DNA of 64,000 nucleotides, taken from Auanema rhodensis. Its lineage: Eukaryota > Animalia > Nematoda. Below the pieces are notes generated by a model. The model was given only the letters and a program-made list of their open reading frames with translations. It searched no databases and had not been told where the DNA came from. The stretch lies in the NCBI GenBank assembly GCA_964057225.1, contig OZ059897.1:17298001-17362000 (forward strand), given 5' to 3'. Positions 11,601-25,200 of the stretch are shown piece after piece. The position numbers and the translations under genes are program-made. The number at the start of each line of letters is the position of its first letter. Position 1 is the stretch's first letter.

Positions 11601-14600
11601 ATCACGTGTACATTTAATTAGCATAAATTGAAGTTCACGTGAATTTCAAAGTCATGGTTACCATGCACCAATATGAATAAGAATTTGTTTTTAGACTAAT
11701 GTGGACATGGGGAATCTAATTTTGAAAACCGCATCTCTTTATCTTTCACGGGAAGCGAGATACATACCGAGTGCACATCGCGTGTACATTTAATTAGCAT
11801 AAATTAAAGTTCACGTAAATTTCAAAGTCATAGTTACCATGCACCAATATCAATAAAATATTGTTTTTAGACTAATATAGACATGGGGAATCTAATTTTG
11901 AAAATCGCATCTCTTTATCTTTCACGGGAAGCGAGTTTCATACAAGTGCACATCACGTGTACATTTAATTAGCATAAATTGAAGTTCACGTGAATTTCAA
12001 AGTCATGGTTACCATGCACCAATATGAATAAGAATTTGTTTTTAGACTAATGTGGACATGGGGAATCTAATTTTGAAAACCGCATCTCTTTATCTTTCAC
12101 GGGAAGCGAGTTTCATACAAGTGCACATCACGTGTACATTTAATTAGCATAAATTAAAGTTCACGTAAATTTCAAAGTCATGGTTACCATGCATCAATAT
12201 CAATAAAATATTGTTTTTAGACTAATATGGACTTGGGGAATCTAATTTTGAAAACCGCATCTCTTTATCTTTCACGGGAAGCGAGTTTCATACCAAGTGC
12301 ACATCACGTGTACATTTAATTAGCATAAATTAAAGTTCACGTAAATTTCAAAATCATGGTTGCCATGCACCAATATCAATAAAAATTTGTTTTCAGACTA
12401 ATATGGACATGGGGAATCTAATTTTGAAAACCGCATCTCTTCATCTTTCACGGGAAGCGAGTTACATACCAAGTACACATCACGTGTACATTTAATTAGC
12501 ATAAATTAAAGTTCACGTAAATTTCAAAGTCATGGTTACCATGCACCAATATCAATAAAAAATTGTTTTTAGACTAAGATGGACATGGGGAATCTAATTT
12601 TGAAAACCGCATCTCTTTATCTTTCACGGGAAGCGAGTTACATACCAAGGGCACATCACGTGTACATTTAATTAGCATAAATTGAAGTTCACGTAAATTT
12701 CAAAGTCATGGTTACCATGCACCAATATCAATAAAAATTTGTTTTTAGACTAATATAGACATGGGGAATCTAATTTTGAAAATCGCATCTCTTTATCTTT
12801 CACGGGAAGCGAGTTTCATACAAGTGCACATCACGTGTACATTTAATTAGCATAAATTAAAGTTCACGTAAATTTCAAAGTCATGGTTACCATGCATCAA
12901 TATCAATAAAATATTGTTTTTAGACTAATATGGACTTGGGGAATCTAATTTTGAAAACCGCATCTCTTTATCTTTCACGGGAAGCGAGTTTCATACCAAG
13001 TGCACATCACGTGTACATTTAATTAGCATAAATTAAAGTTCACGTAAATTTCAAAATCATGGTTGCCATGCACCAATATCAATAAAAATTTGTTTTCAGA
13101 CTAATATGGACATGGGGAATCTAATTTTGAAAACCGCATCTCTTCATCTTTCACGGGAAGCGAGTTACATACCAAGTACACATCACGTGTACATTTAATT
13201 AGCATAAATTAAAGTTCACGTAAATTTCAAAGTCATGGTTACCATGCACCAATATCAATAAAAAATTGTTTTTAGACTAAGATGGACATGGGGAATCTAA
13301 TTTTGAAAACCGCATCTCTTTATCTTTCACGGGAAGCGAGTTACATACCAAGGGCACATCACGTGTACATTTAATTAGCATAAATTGAAGTTCACGTAAA
13401 TTTCAAAGTCATGGTTACCATGCACCAATATCAATAAAAATTTGTTTTTAGACTAATATAGACATGGGGAATCTAATTTTGAAAATCGCATCTCTTTATC
13501 TTTCACGGGAAGCGAGTTTCATACAAGTGCACATCACGTGTACATTTAATTAGCATAAATTGAAGTTCACGTGAATTTCAAAGTCATGGTTACCATGCAC
13601 CAATATGAATAAGAATTTGTTTTTAGACTAATGTGGACATGGGGAATCTAATTTTGAAAACCGCATCTCTTTATCTTTCACGGGAAGCGAGATACATACC
13701 GAGTGCACATCGCGTGTACATTTAATTAGCATAAATTAAAGTTCACGTAAATTTCAAAGTCATGGTTGCCATGCACCAATATCAATAAAAATTTGGTTTT
13801 AGACTAATATGGATATGGGGAATCTAATTTTGAAAACGGCATCTCTTTATCTTTCACGGGAAGCGAGTTTCATACCAAGTGCACATCACGTGTACATTTA
13901 ATTAGCATAAATTAAAGTTCACGTAAATTTCAAAGTCATAGTTACCATGCACCAATATCAATAAAATATTGTTTTTAGACTAATATGGACTTGGGGAATC
14001 TAATTTTGAAAACCGCATCTCTTTATCTTTCACGGGAAGCGAGTTTCATACCAAGTGCACATCACGTGTACATTTAATTAGCATAAATTGAAGTTCACGT
14101 GAATTTCAAAGTCATGGTTACCATGCACTAATATCAATGAAAATTTGGTTTTAAACTAATATGGATATGGGGAATCTAATTTTGAAAACCGCATCTCTTT
14201 ATCTTTCACGTGAAGCGAGTTACATACCAAGTGCACATCACGTGTACATTTAATTAGCATAAATTGAAGTTCACGTGAATTTCAAAGTCATGGTTACCAT
14301 GCATCAATATCAATAAAAATTTGTATTCAGACTAATATGGACATGGGGAATCTAATTTTATAAACCGCATCTCTTTATCTTTCACGGGAAGCGAGATACA
14401 TACCGAGTGCACATCGCGTGTACATTTAATTAGCATAAATTAAAGTTCACGTAAATTTCAAAGTCATGGTTACCATGCACCAATATCAATAAAAAATTGT
14501 TTTTAGACTAAGATGGACATGGGGAATCTAATTTTGAAAACCGCATCTCTTTATCTTTCACGGGAAGCGAGTTACATACCAAGGGCACATCACGTGTACA

Positions 14601-14950
14601 TTTAATTAGCATAAATTGAAGTTCACGTAAATTTCAAAGTCATGGTTACCATGCACCAATATCAATAAAAATTTGTTTTTAGACTAATATAGACATGGGG
14701 AATCTAATTTTGAAAATCGCATCTCTTTATCTTTCACGGGAAGCGAGTTTCATACAAGTGCACATCACGTGTACATTTAATTAGCATAAATTGAAGTTCA
14801 CGTGAATTTCAAAGTCATGGTTACCATGCACCAATATGAATAAGAATTTGTTTTTAGACTAATGTGGACATGGGGAATCTAATTTTGAAAACCGCATCTC
14901 TTTATCTTTCACGGGAAGCGAGATACATACCGAGTGCACATCGCGTGTAC
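8620..14950. repeat. 18-monomer (3163-bp) tandem duplication; each copy contains a 4-monomer (703-bp) duplication
   Basis: CATAG variant 8667/11830 and AATTTTATAA 11191/14354 are both at +3163. Monomers at 8959-9661 repeat at 9662-10364. The junction monomer at 11772 is chimeric. Confidence 0.9.
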
Positions 14951-17900
14951 ATTTAATTAGCATAAATTAAAGTTCACGTAAATTTCAAAGTCATGGTTGC
15001 CATGCACCAATATCAATAAAAATTTGGTTTTAGACTAATATGGATATGGGGAATCTAATTCTGAAAACCGCATCTCTTTATCTTTCACGGGAAGCGAGTT
15101 TCATACCAAGTGCACATCACGTGTACATTTAATTAGCATAAATTAAAGTTCACGTAAATTTCAAAGTCATGGTTACCATGAACCAACATCAATAAAATAT
15201 TGTTTTTAGACTAATATGGACTTGGGGAATCTAATTTTGAAAACCGCATCTCTTTATCTTTCACGGGAAGCGAGTTTCATACCAAGTGCACATCGCGTGT
15301 ACATTTAATTAGCATAAATTAAAGTTCACGTAAATTTCAAAGTCATGGTTACCATGCATCAATATCAATGAAAATTTGGTTTTAAACTAATATGGATATG
15401 GGGAATCTAATTTTGAAAACCGCATCTCTTTATCTTTCACGTGAAGCGAGTTACATACCAAGTGCACATCACTTGTACATTTAATTAGCATAAATTGAAG
15501 TTCACGTAAATTTAAAATCATGGTTACCATGCACCAATATCAATAAAAATTTGTTTTTAGACTAATATGAACATGGTGAATCTAATTTTGAAAACCGCAT
15601 CTCTTTATCTTTCACGTGAAGCGAGTTTCATACCAAGTGCACATCACGTGTACTTTTAATTAGCATAAATTAAAGTTCACGTAAATTTCAAAGTCATGGT
15701 TACCATGCACCAATATCAATGAAAATTTGGTTTTAGACTAATATGGACATGGGGAATCTAGTTTTGAAAACCGCATCTCTTTATCTTTCACGGGAAGCGA
15801 GTTTCATACCAAGTGCACATCGCGTGTACATTTAATTAGCATAAATTAAAGTTCACGTAAATTTCAAAGTCATGGTTACCATGCATCAATATCAATGAAA
15901 ATTTGGTTTTAAACTAATATGGATATGGGGAATCTAATTTTGAAAACCGCATCTCTTTATCTTTCACGTGAAGCGAGTTACATACCAAGTGCACATCACG
16001 TGTACATTTAATTAGCATAAATTGAAGTTCACGTGAATTTCAAAGTCATGGTTACCATGCACCAATATGAATAAGAATTTGTTTTTAGACTAATGTGGAC
16101 ATGGGGAATCTAATTTTGAAAACCGCATCTCTTTATCTTTCACGGGAAGCGAGTTTCATACCAAGTGCACATCACGTGTACATTTAATTAGCATAAATTG
16201 AAGTTCACGTAAATTTAAAATCATGGTTACCATGCACCAATATCAATAAAAATTTGTTTTTCGACTAATATGGACATGAGCAATCTAATTTTGAAAACCG
16301 CATCTCTTTATCTTTTACGTGAAGCGAGTTACATACCAAGTGCACATCACGTGTACATTTAATTAGCATAAATTGAAGTTCACGTAAATTTAAAATCATG
16401 GTTACCATGCACCAATATCAATAAAAATTTGTTTTTAGACTAATATGAACATGGTGAATCTAATTTTGAAAACCGCATCTCTTTATCTTTCACGGGAAGC
16501 GAGTTTCATACCAAGTGCACATCACGTGTACATTTAATTAGCATAAATTAAAGTTCACGTAAATTTCAAAGTCATGGTTACCATGCACCAATATCAATGA
16601 AAATTTGTTTTTAGACTGATATGGACTTGGGGAATCTAATTTTGAAAACCGCATCTCTTTATCTTTCACGGGAAGCGAGTTTCATACCAAGTGCACATCA
16701 CGTGTACATTTAATTAGCATAAATTAAAGTTCACGTAAATTTCAAAATCATGGTTGCCATGCACCAATATCAATAAAAATTTGTTTTCAGACTAATATGG
16801 ACATGGGGAATCTAATTTTGAAAACCGCATCTCTTCATCTTTCACGGGAAGCGAGTTACATACCAAGTACACATCACGTGTACATTTAATTAGCATAAAT
16901 TAAAGTTCACGTAAATTTCAAAGTCATGGTTACCATGCACCAATATCAATAAAAAATTGTTTTTAGACTAAGATGGACATGGGGAATCTAATTTTGAAAA
17001 CCGCATCTCTTTATCTTTCACGGGAAGCGAGTTACATACCAAGGGCACATCACGTGTACATTTAATTAGCATAAATTGAAGTTCACGTAAATTTCAAGGT
17101 CATGGTTACCATGCACCAATATCAATAAAAATTTGTTTTTAGACTAATATAGACATGGGGAATCTAATTTTGAAAATCGCATCTCTTTATCTTTCACGGG
17201 AAGCGAGTTTCATACAAGTGCACATCACGTGTACATTTAATTAGCATAAATTGAAGTTCACGTGAATTTCAAAGTCATGGTTACCATTCACCAATATGAA
17301 TAAGAATTTGTTTTTAGACTAATGTGGACATGGGGAATCTAATTTTGAAAACCGCATCTCTTTATCTTTCACGGGAAGCGAGTTTCATACAAGTGCACAT
17401 CACGTGTACATTTAATTAGCATAAATTAAAGTTCACGTAAATTTCAAAGTCATGGTTACCATGCATCAATATCAATAAAATATTGTTTTTAGACTAATAT
17501 GGACTTGGGAAATCTAATTTTGAAAACCGCATCTCTTTATCTTTCACGGGAAGCGAGTTTCATACCAAGTGCACATCACGTGTACATTTAATTAGCATAA
17601 ATTAAAGTTCACGTAAATATCAAAATCATGGTTGCCATGCACCAATATCAATAAAAATTTGTTTTCAGACTAATATGGACATGGGGAATCTAATTTTGCA
17701 AACCGCATCTCTTTATCTTTCACGGGAAGCGAGTTTCATACCAAGTGCACATCACGTGTACATTTAATTAGCATAAATTAAAGTTCACGTAAATTTCAAA
17801 ATCATGGTTGCCATGCACCAATATCAATAAAAATTTGTTTTCAGACTAATATGGACATAGGGAATCTAATTTTGAAAACCGCATCTCTTCATCTTTCACG

Positions 17901-19269
17901 GGAAGCGAGTTACATACCAAGTACACATCACGTGTACATTTAATTAGCATAAATTAAAGTTCACGTAAATTTCAAAGTCATGGTTACCATGCACCAATAT
18001 CAATAAAAAATTGTTTTTAGACTAAGATGGACATGGGGAATCTAATTTTGAAAACCGCATCTCTTTATCTTTCACGGGAAGCGAGTTACATACCAAGGGC
18101 ACATCACGTGTACATTTAATTAGCATAAATTGAAGTTCACGTAAATTTCAAAGTCATGGTTACCATGCACCAATATCAATAAAAATTTGTTTTTAGACTA
18201 ATATAGACATGGGGAATCTAATTTTGAAAATCGCATCTCTTTATCTTTCACGGGAAGCGAGTTTCATACAAGTGCACATCACGTGTACATTTAATTAGCA
18301 TAAATTGAAGTTCACGTGAATTTCAAAGTCATGGTTACCATGCACCAATATGAATAAGAATTTGTTTTTAGACTAATGTGGACATGGGGAATCTAATTTT
18401 GAAAACCGCATCTCTTTATCTTTCACGGGAAGCGAGTTTCATACAAGTGCACATCACGTGTACATTTAATTAGCATAAATTGAAGTTCACGTGAATTTCA
18501 AAGTCATGGTTACCATGCACCAATATGAATAAGAATTTGTTTTTAGACTAATGTGGACATGGGGAATCTAATTTTGAAAATCGCATCTCTTTATCTTTCA
18601 CGGGAAGCGAGTTTCATACAAGTGCACATCACGTGTACATTTAATTAGCATAAATTGAAGTTCACGTGAATTTCAAAGTCATGGTTACCATGCACCAATA
18701 TGAATAAGAATTTGTTTTTAGACTAATGTGGACATGGGGAATCTAATTTTGAAAACCGCATCTCTTTATCTTTCACGGGAAGCGAGTTTCATACAAGTGC
18801 ACATCACGTGTACATTTAATTAGCATAAATTAAAGTTCACGTAAATTTCAAAGTCATGGTTACCATGCATCAATATCAATAAAATATTGTTTTTAGACTA
18901 ATATGGACTTGGGAAATCTAATTTTGAAAACCGCATCTCTTTATCTTTCACGGGAAGCGAGTTTCATACCAAGTGCACATCACGTGTACATTTAATTAGC
19001 ATAAATTAAAGTTCACGTAAATTTCAAAATCATGGTTGCCATGCACCAATATCAATAAAAATTTGTTTTCAGACTAATATGGACATGGGGAATCTAATTT
19101 TGAAAACCGCATCTCTTCATCTTTCACGGGAAGCGAGTTACATACCAAGTACACATCACGTGTACATTTAATTAGCATAAATTAAAGTTCACGTAAATTT
19201 CAAAGTCATGGTTACCAAGCACCAATATCAATAAAAAATTGTTTTTAGACTAAGATGGACATGGGGAAT

Positions 19270-22200
19270 CTAATTTTGAAAACCGCATCTCTTTATCTTT
19301 CACGGGAAGCGAGTTACATACCAAGGGCACATCACGTGTACATTTAATTAGCATAAATTGAAGTTCACGTAAATTTCAAAGTCATGGTTACCATGCACCA
19401 ATATCAATAAAAATTTGTTTTTAGACTAATATAGACATGGGGAATCTAATTTTGAAAATCGCATCTCTTTATCTTTCACGGGAAGCGAGTTTCATACAAG
19501 TGCACATCACGTGTACATTTAATTAGCATAAATTGAAGTTCACGTGAATTTCAAAGTCATGGTTACCATGCACCAATATGAATAAGAATTTGTTTTTAGA
19601 CTAATGTGGACATGGGGAATCTAATTTTGAAAACCGCATCTCTTTATCTTTCACGGGAAGCGAGATACATACCGAGTGCACATCGCGTGTACATTTAATT
19701 AGCATAAATTAAAGTTCACGTAAATTTCAAAGTCATGGTTGCCATGCACCAATATCAATAAAAATTTGGTTTTAGACTAATATGGATATGGGGAATCTAA
19801 TTTTGAAAACGGCATCTCTTTATCTTTCACGGGAAGCGAGTTTCATACCAAGTGCACATCACGTGTACATTTAATTAGCATAAATTAAAGTTCACGTAAA
19901 TTTCAAAGTCATAGTTACCATGCACCAATATCAATAAAATATTGTTTTTAGACTAATATAGACATGGGGAATCTAATTTTGAAAATCGCATCTCTTTATC
20001 TTTCACGGGAAGCGAGTTTCATACAAGTGCACATCACGTGTACATTTAATTAGCATAAATTGAAGTTCACGTGAATTTCAAAGTCATGGTTACCATGCAC
20101 CAATATGAATAAGAATTTGTTTTTAGACTAATGTGGACATGGGGAATCTAATTTTGAAAACCGCATCTCTTTATCTTTCACGGGAAGCGAGTTTCATACA
20201 AGTGCACATCACGTGTACATTTAATTAGCATAAATTAAAGTTCACGTAAATTTCAAAGTCATGGTTACCATGCATCAATATCAATAAAATATTGTTTTTA
20301 GACTAATATGGACTTGGGGAATCTAATTTTGAAAACCGCATCTCTTTATCTTTCACGGGAAGCGAGTTTCATACCAAGTGCACATCACGTGTACATTTAA
20401 TTAGCATAAATTAAAGTTCACGTAAATTTCAAAATCATGGTTGCCATGCACCAATATCAATAAAAATTTGTTTTCAGACTAATATGGACATGGGGAATCT
20501 AATTTTGAAAACCGCATCTCTTCATCTTTCACGGGAAGCGAGTTACACACCAAGTACACATCACGTGTACATTTAATTAGCATAAATTAAAGTTCACGTA
20601 AATTTCAAAGTCATGGTTACCATGCACCAATATCAATAAAAAATTGTTTTTAGACTAAGATGGACATGGGGAATCTAATTTTGAAAACCGCATCTCTTTA
20701 TCTTTCACGGGAAGCGAGTTACATACCAAGGGCACATCACGTGTACATTTAATTAGCATAAATTGAAGTTCACGTAAATTTCAAAGTCATGGTTACCATG
20801 CACCAATATCAATAAAAATTTGTTTTTAGACTAATATAGACATGGGGAATCTAATTTTGAAAATCGCATCTCTTTATCTTTCACGGGAAGCGAGTTTCAT
20901 ACAAGTGCACATCACGTGTACATTTAATTAGCATAAATTGAAGTTCACGTGAATTTCAAAGTCATGGTTACCATGCACCAATATGAATAAGAATTTGTTT
21001 TTAGACTAATGTGGACATGGGGAATCTAATTTTGAAAACCGCATCTCTTTATCTTTCACGGGAAGCGAGATACATACCGAGTGCACATCGCGTGTACATT
21101 TAATTAGCATAAATTAAAGTTCACGTAAATTTCAAAGTCATGGTTGCCATGCACCAATATCAATAAAAATTTGGTTTTAGACTAATATGGATATGGGGAA
21201 TCTAATTTTGAAAACGGCATCTCTTTATCTTTCACGGGAAGCGAGTTTCATACCAAGTGCACATCACGTGTACATTTAATTAGCATAAATTGAAGTTCAC
21301 GTGAATTTCAAAGTCATGGTTACCATGCACTAATATCAATGAAAATTTGGTTTTAAACTAATATGGATATGGGGAATCTAATTTTGAAAACCGCATCTCT
21401 TTATCTTTCACGTGAAGCGAGTTACATACCAAGTGCACATCACGTGTACATTTAATTAGCATAAATTGAAGTTCACGTGAATTTCAAAGTCATGGTTACC
21501 ATGCACCAATATCAATAAAAATTTGGTTTTAGACTAATATGGATATGGGGAATCTAATTTTGAAAACGGCATCTCTTTATCTTTCACGGGAAGCGAGTTT
21601 CATACCAAGTGCACATCACGTGTACATTTAATTAGCATAAATTAAAGTTCACGTAAATTTCAAAGTCATAGTTACCATGCACCAATATCAATAAAATATT
21701 GTTTTTAGACTAATATGGACTTGGGGAATCTAATTTTGAAAACCGCATCTCTTTATCTTTCACGGGAAGCGAGTTTCATACCAAGTGCACATCACGTGTA
21801 CATTTAATTAGCATAAATTGAAGTTCACGTGAATTTCAAAGTCATGGTTACCATGCACTAATATCAATGAAAATTTGGTTTTAAACTAATATGGATATGG
21901 GGAATCTAATTTTGAAAACCGCATCTCTTTATCTTTCACGTGAAGCGAGTTACATACCAAGTGCACATCACGTGTACATTTAATTAGCATAAATTGAAGT
22001 TCACGTGAATTTCAAAGTCATGGTTACCATGCACCAATATCAATAAAATATTGTTTTTAGACTAATATGGACTTGGGGAATCTAATTTTGAAAACCGCAT
22101 CTCTTTATCTTTCACGTGAAGCGAGTTACATACCAAGTGCACATCACGTGTACATTTAATTAGCATAAATTGAAGTTCACGTAAATATCAAAGTCATGGT

Positions 22201-25200
22201 TACCATGCACCAATATCAATAAAAATTTGTTTTTAGACTAATATGGACATGGGGAATCTAATTTTGAAAACCGCATCTCTTTATCTTTCACGGGAAGCGA
22301 GTTTCATACCAAGTGCACATCGCGTGTACATTTAATTAGCATAAATTAAAGTTCACGTAAATTTCAAAGTCATGGTTACCATGCATCAATATCAATGAAA
22401 ATTTGGTTTTAAACTAATATGGATATGGGGAATCTAATTTTGAAAACCGCATCTCTTTATCTTTCACGTGAATACATACCAAGTGCACATCACGTGTACA
22501 TTTAATTAGCATAAATTGAAGTTCACGTGAATTTCAAAGTCATGGTTACCATGCACCAATATGAATAAGAATTTGTTTTTAGACTAATGTGGACATGGGG
22601 AATCTAATTTTGAAAACCGCATCTCTTTATCTTTCACGGGAAGCGAGTTTCGTACCAAGTGCACATCACGTGTACATTTAATTAGCATAAATTGAAGTTC
22701 ACGTAAATTTAAAATCATGGTTACCATGCACCAATATCAATAAAAATTTGTTTTTAGACTAATATGAACATGGTGAATCTAATTTTGAAAACCGCATCTC
22801 TTTATCTTTCACGGGGAGCGAGTTTCATACCAAGTGCACATCACGTGTACATTTAATTAGCATAAATTAAAGTTCACGTAAATTTCAAAGTCATGGTTAC
22901 CATGCACCAATATCAATGAAAATTTGGTTTTACACTAATATGGATATGGGGAATCTAATTTTGAAAACCGCATCTCTTTATCTTTTACGGGAAGCGAGTT
23001 TCATACCAAGTGCACATCAGGTGTACATTTAATTAGCATAAATTAAAGTTCACGTAAATTTCAAAGTCATGGTTACCATGCACCAATATCAATAAAATAT
23101 TGTTTTTAGACTAATATGGACTTGGGGAATCTAATTTTGAAAACCGCATCTCTTTATCTTTCACGGGAAGCGAGTTTCATACCAAGTGCACATCACGTGT
23201 ACATTTAATTAGCATAAATTGAAGTTCACGTGAATTTCAAAGTCATGGTTACCATGCACTAATATCAATGAAAATTTGGTTTTAAACTAATATGGATATG
23301 GGGAATCTAATTTTGAAAACCGCATCTCTTTATCTTTCACGTGAAGCGAGTTACATACCAAGTGCACATCACGTGTACATTTAATTAGCATAAATTGAAG
23401 TTCACGTGAATTTCAAAGTCATGGTTACCATGCACCAATATCAGTAAAAATTTGTTTTTAGACTAATGTGGACATGGGGAATCTAATTTTGAAAACCGCA
23501 TCTCTTTATCTTTCACGGGAAGCGAGATACATACCGAGTGCACATCGCGTGTACATTTAATTAGCATAAATTAAAGTTCACGTAAATTTCAAAGTCATGG
23601 TTGCCATGCACCAATATCAGTAAAAATTTGGTTTTAGACTAATATGGATATGGGGAATCTAATTTTGAAAACCGCATCTCTTTATCTTTCACGGGAAGCG
23701 AGTTACATACCAAGTGCACATCACGTGTACATTTAATTAGCATAAATTGAAGTTCACGTAAATATCAAAGTCATGGTTACCATGCACCAATATCAATAAA
23801 AATTTGTTTTTAGACTAATATGGACATGGGGAATCTAATTTTGAAAACCGCATCTTTTTATCTTTCACGGGAAGCGAGTTTCATACCAAGTGCACATCGC
23901 GTGTACATTTAATTAGCATAAATTAAAGTTCACGTAAATTTCAAAGTCATGGTTGCCATGCACCAATATCAGTAAAAATTTGTTTTTAGACTAATGTGGA
24001 CATGGGGAATCTAATTTTGAAAACCGCATCTCTTTATCTTTCACGGGAAGCGAGTTTCATACCAAGTGCACATCACGTGTACATTTAATTAGCATAAATT
24101 GAAGTTCACGTGAATTTCAAAGTCATGGTTACCATGCACCAATATGAATAAGAATTTGTTTTTAGACTAATATGAACATGGTGAATCTAATTTTGAAAAC
24201 CGCATCTCTTTATCTTTCACGGGGAGCGAGTTTCATACCAAGTGCACATCACGTGTACATTTAATTAGCATAAATTAAAGTTCACGTAAATTTCAAAGTC
24301 ATGGTTACCATGCACCAATATCAATGAAAATTTGGTTTTAGACTAATATGGATATGGGGAATCTAATTTTGAAAACCGCATCTCTTTATCTTTCACGGGA
24401 AGCGAGTTTCATACCAAGTGCACATCACGTGTACATTTAATTAGCATAAATTAAAGTTCACATAAATTTCAAAGTCATGGTTACCATGCACCAATATCAA
24501 TAAAATATTGTTTTTAGACTAATATGGACTTGGGAAATCTAATTTTGAAAACCGCATCTCTTTATCTTTCACGGGAAGCGAGTTTCATACCAAGTGCACA
24601 TCACGTGTACATTTAATTAGCATAAATTGAAGTTCACGTGAATTTCAAAGTCATGGTTACCATGCACCAATATCAATGAAAATTTGGTTTTAGACTAATA
24701 TGGATATGGGGAATCTAATTTTGAAAACCGCATCTCTTTATCTTTCACGGGAAGCGAGTTTCATACCAAGTGCACATCACGTGTACATTTAATTAGCATA
24801 AATTGAAGTTCACGTGAATTTCAAAGTCATGGTTACCATGCACCAATATGAATAAGAATTTGTTTTTAGACTAATATGAACATGGTGAATCTAATTTTGA
24901 AAACCGCATCTCTTTATCTTTCACGGGGAGCGAGTTTCATACCAAGTGCACATCACGTGTACATTTAATTAGCATAAATTAAAGTTCACGTAAATTTCAT
25001 AGTCATGGTTACCATGCACCAATATCAATGAAAATTTGGTTTTAGACTAATATGGATATGGGGAATCTAATTTTGAAAACCGCATCTCTTTATCTTTCAC
25101 GGGAAGCGAGTTTCATACCAAGTGCACATCACGTGTACATTTAATTAGCATAAATTGAAGTTCACGTGAATTTCAAAGTCATGGTTACCATGCACCAATA

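Larger units (their letters stand above)
1240..20900. repeat. Large older duplication (offset 13176 bp, then 11244 bp after the internal 1932-bp duplication)
   Basis: +13176: AACCAACATC 2005/15181, TACTTTT 2475/15651, TCTAGTTTT 2581/15757, TGAGCAAT 3101/16277. +11244: ACATAGGG 6611/17855, GAAAACGG 8561/19805. Confidence 0.88.
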
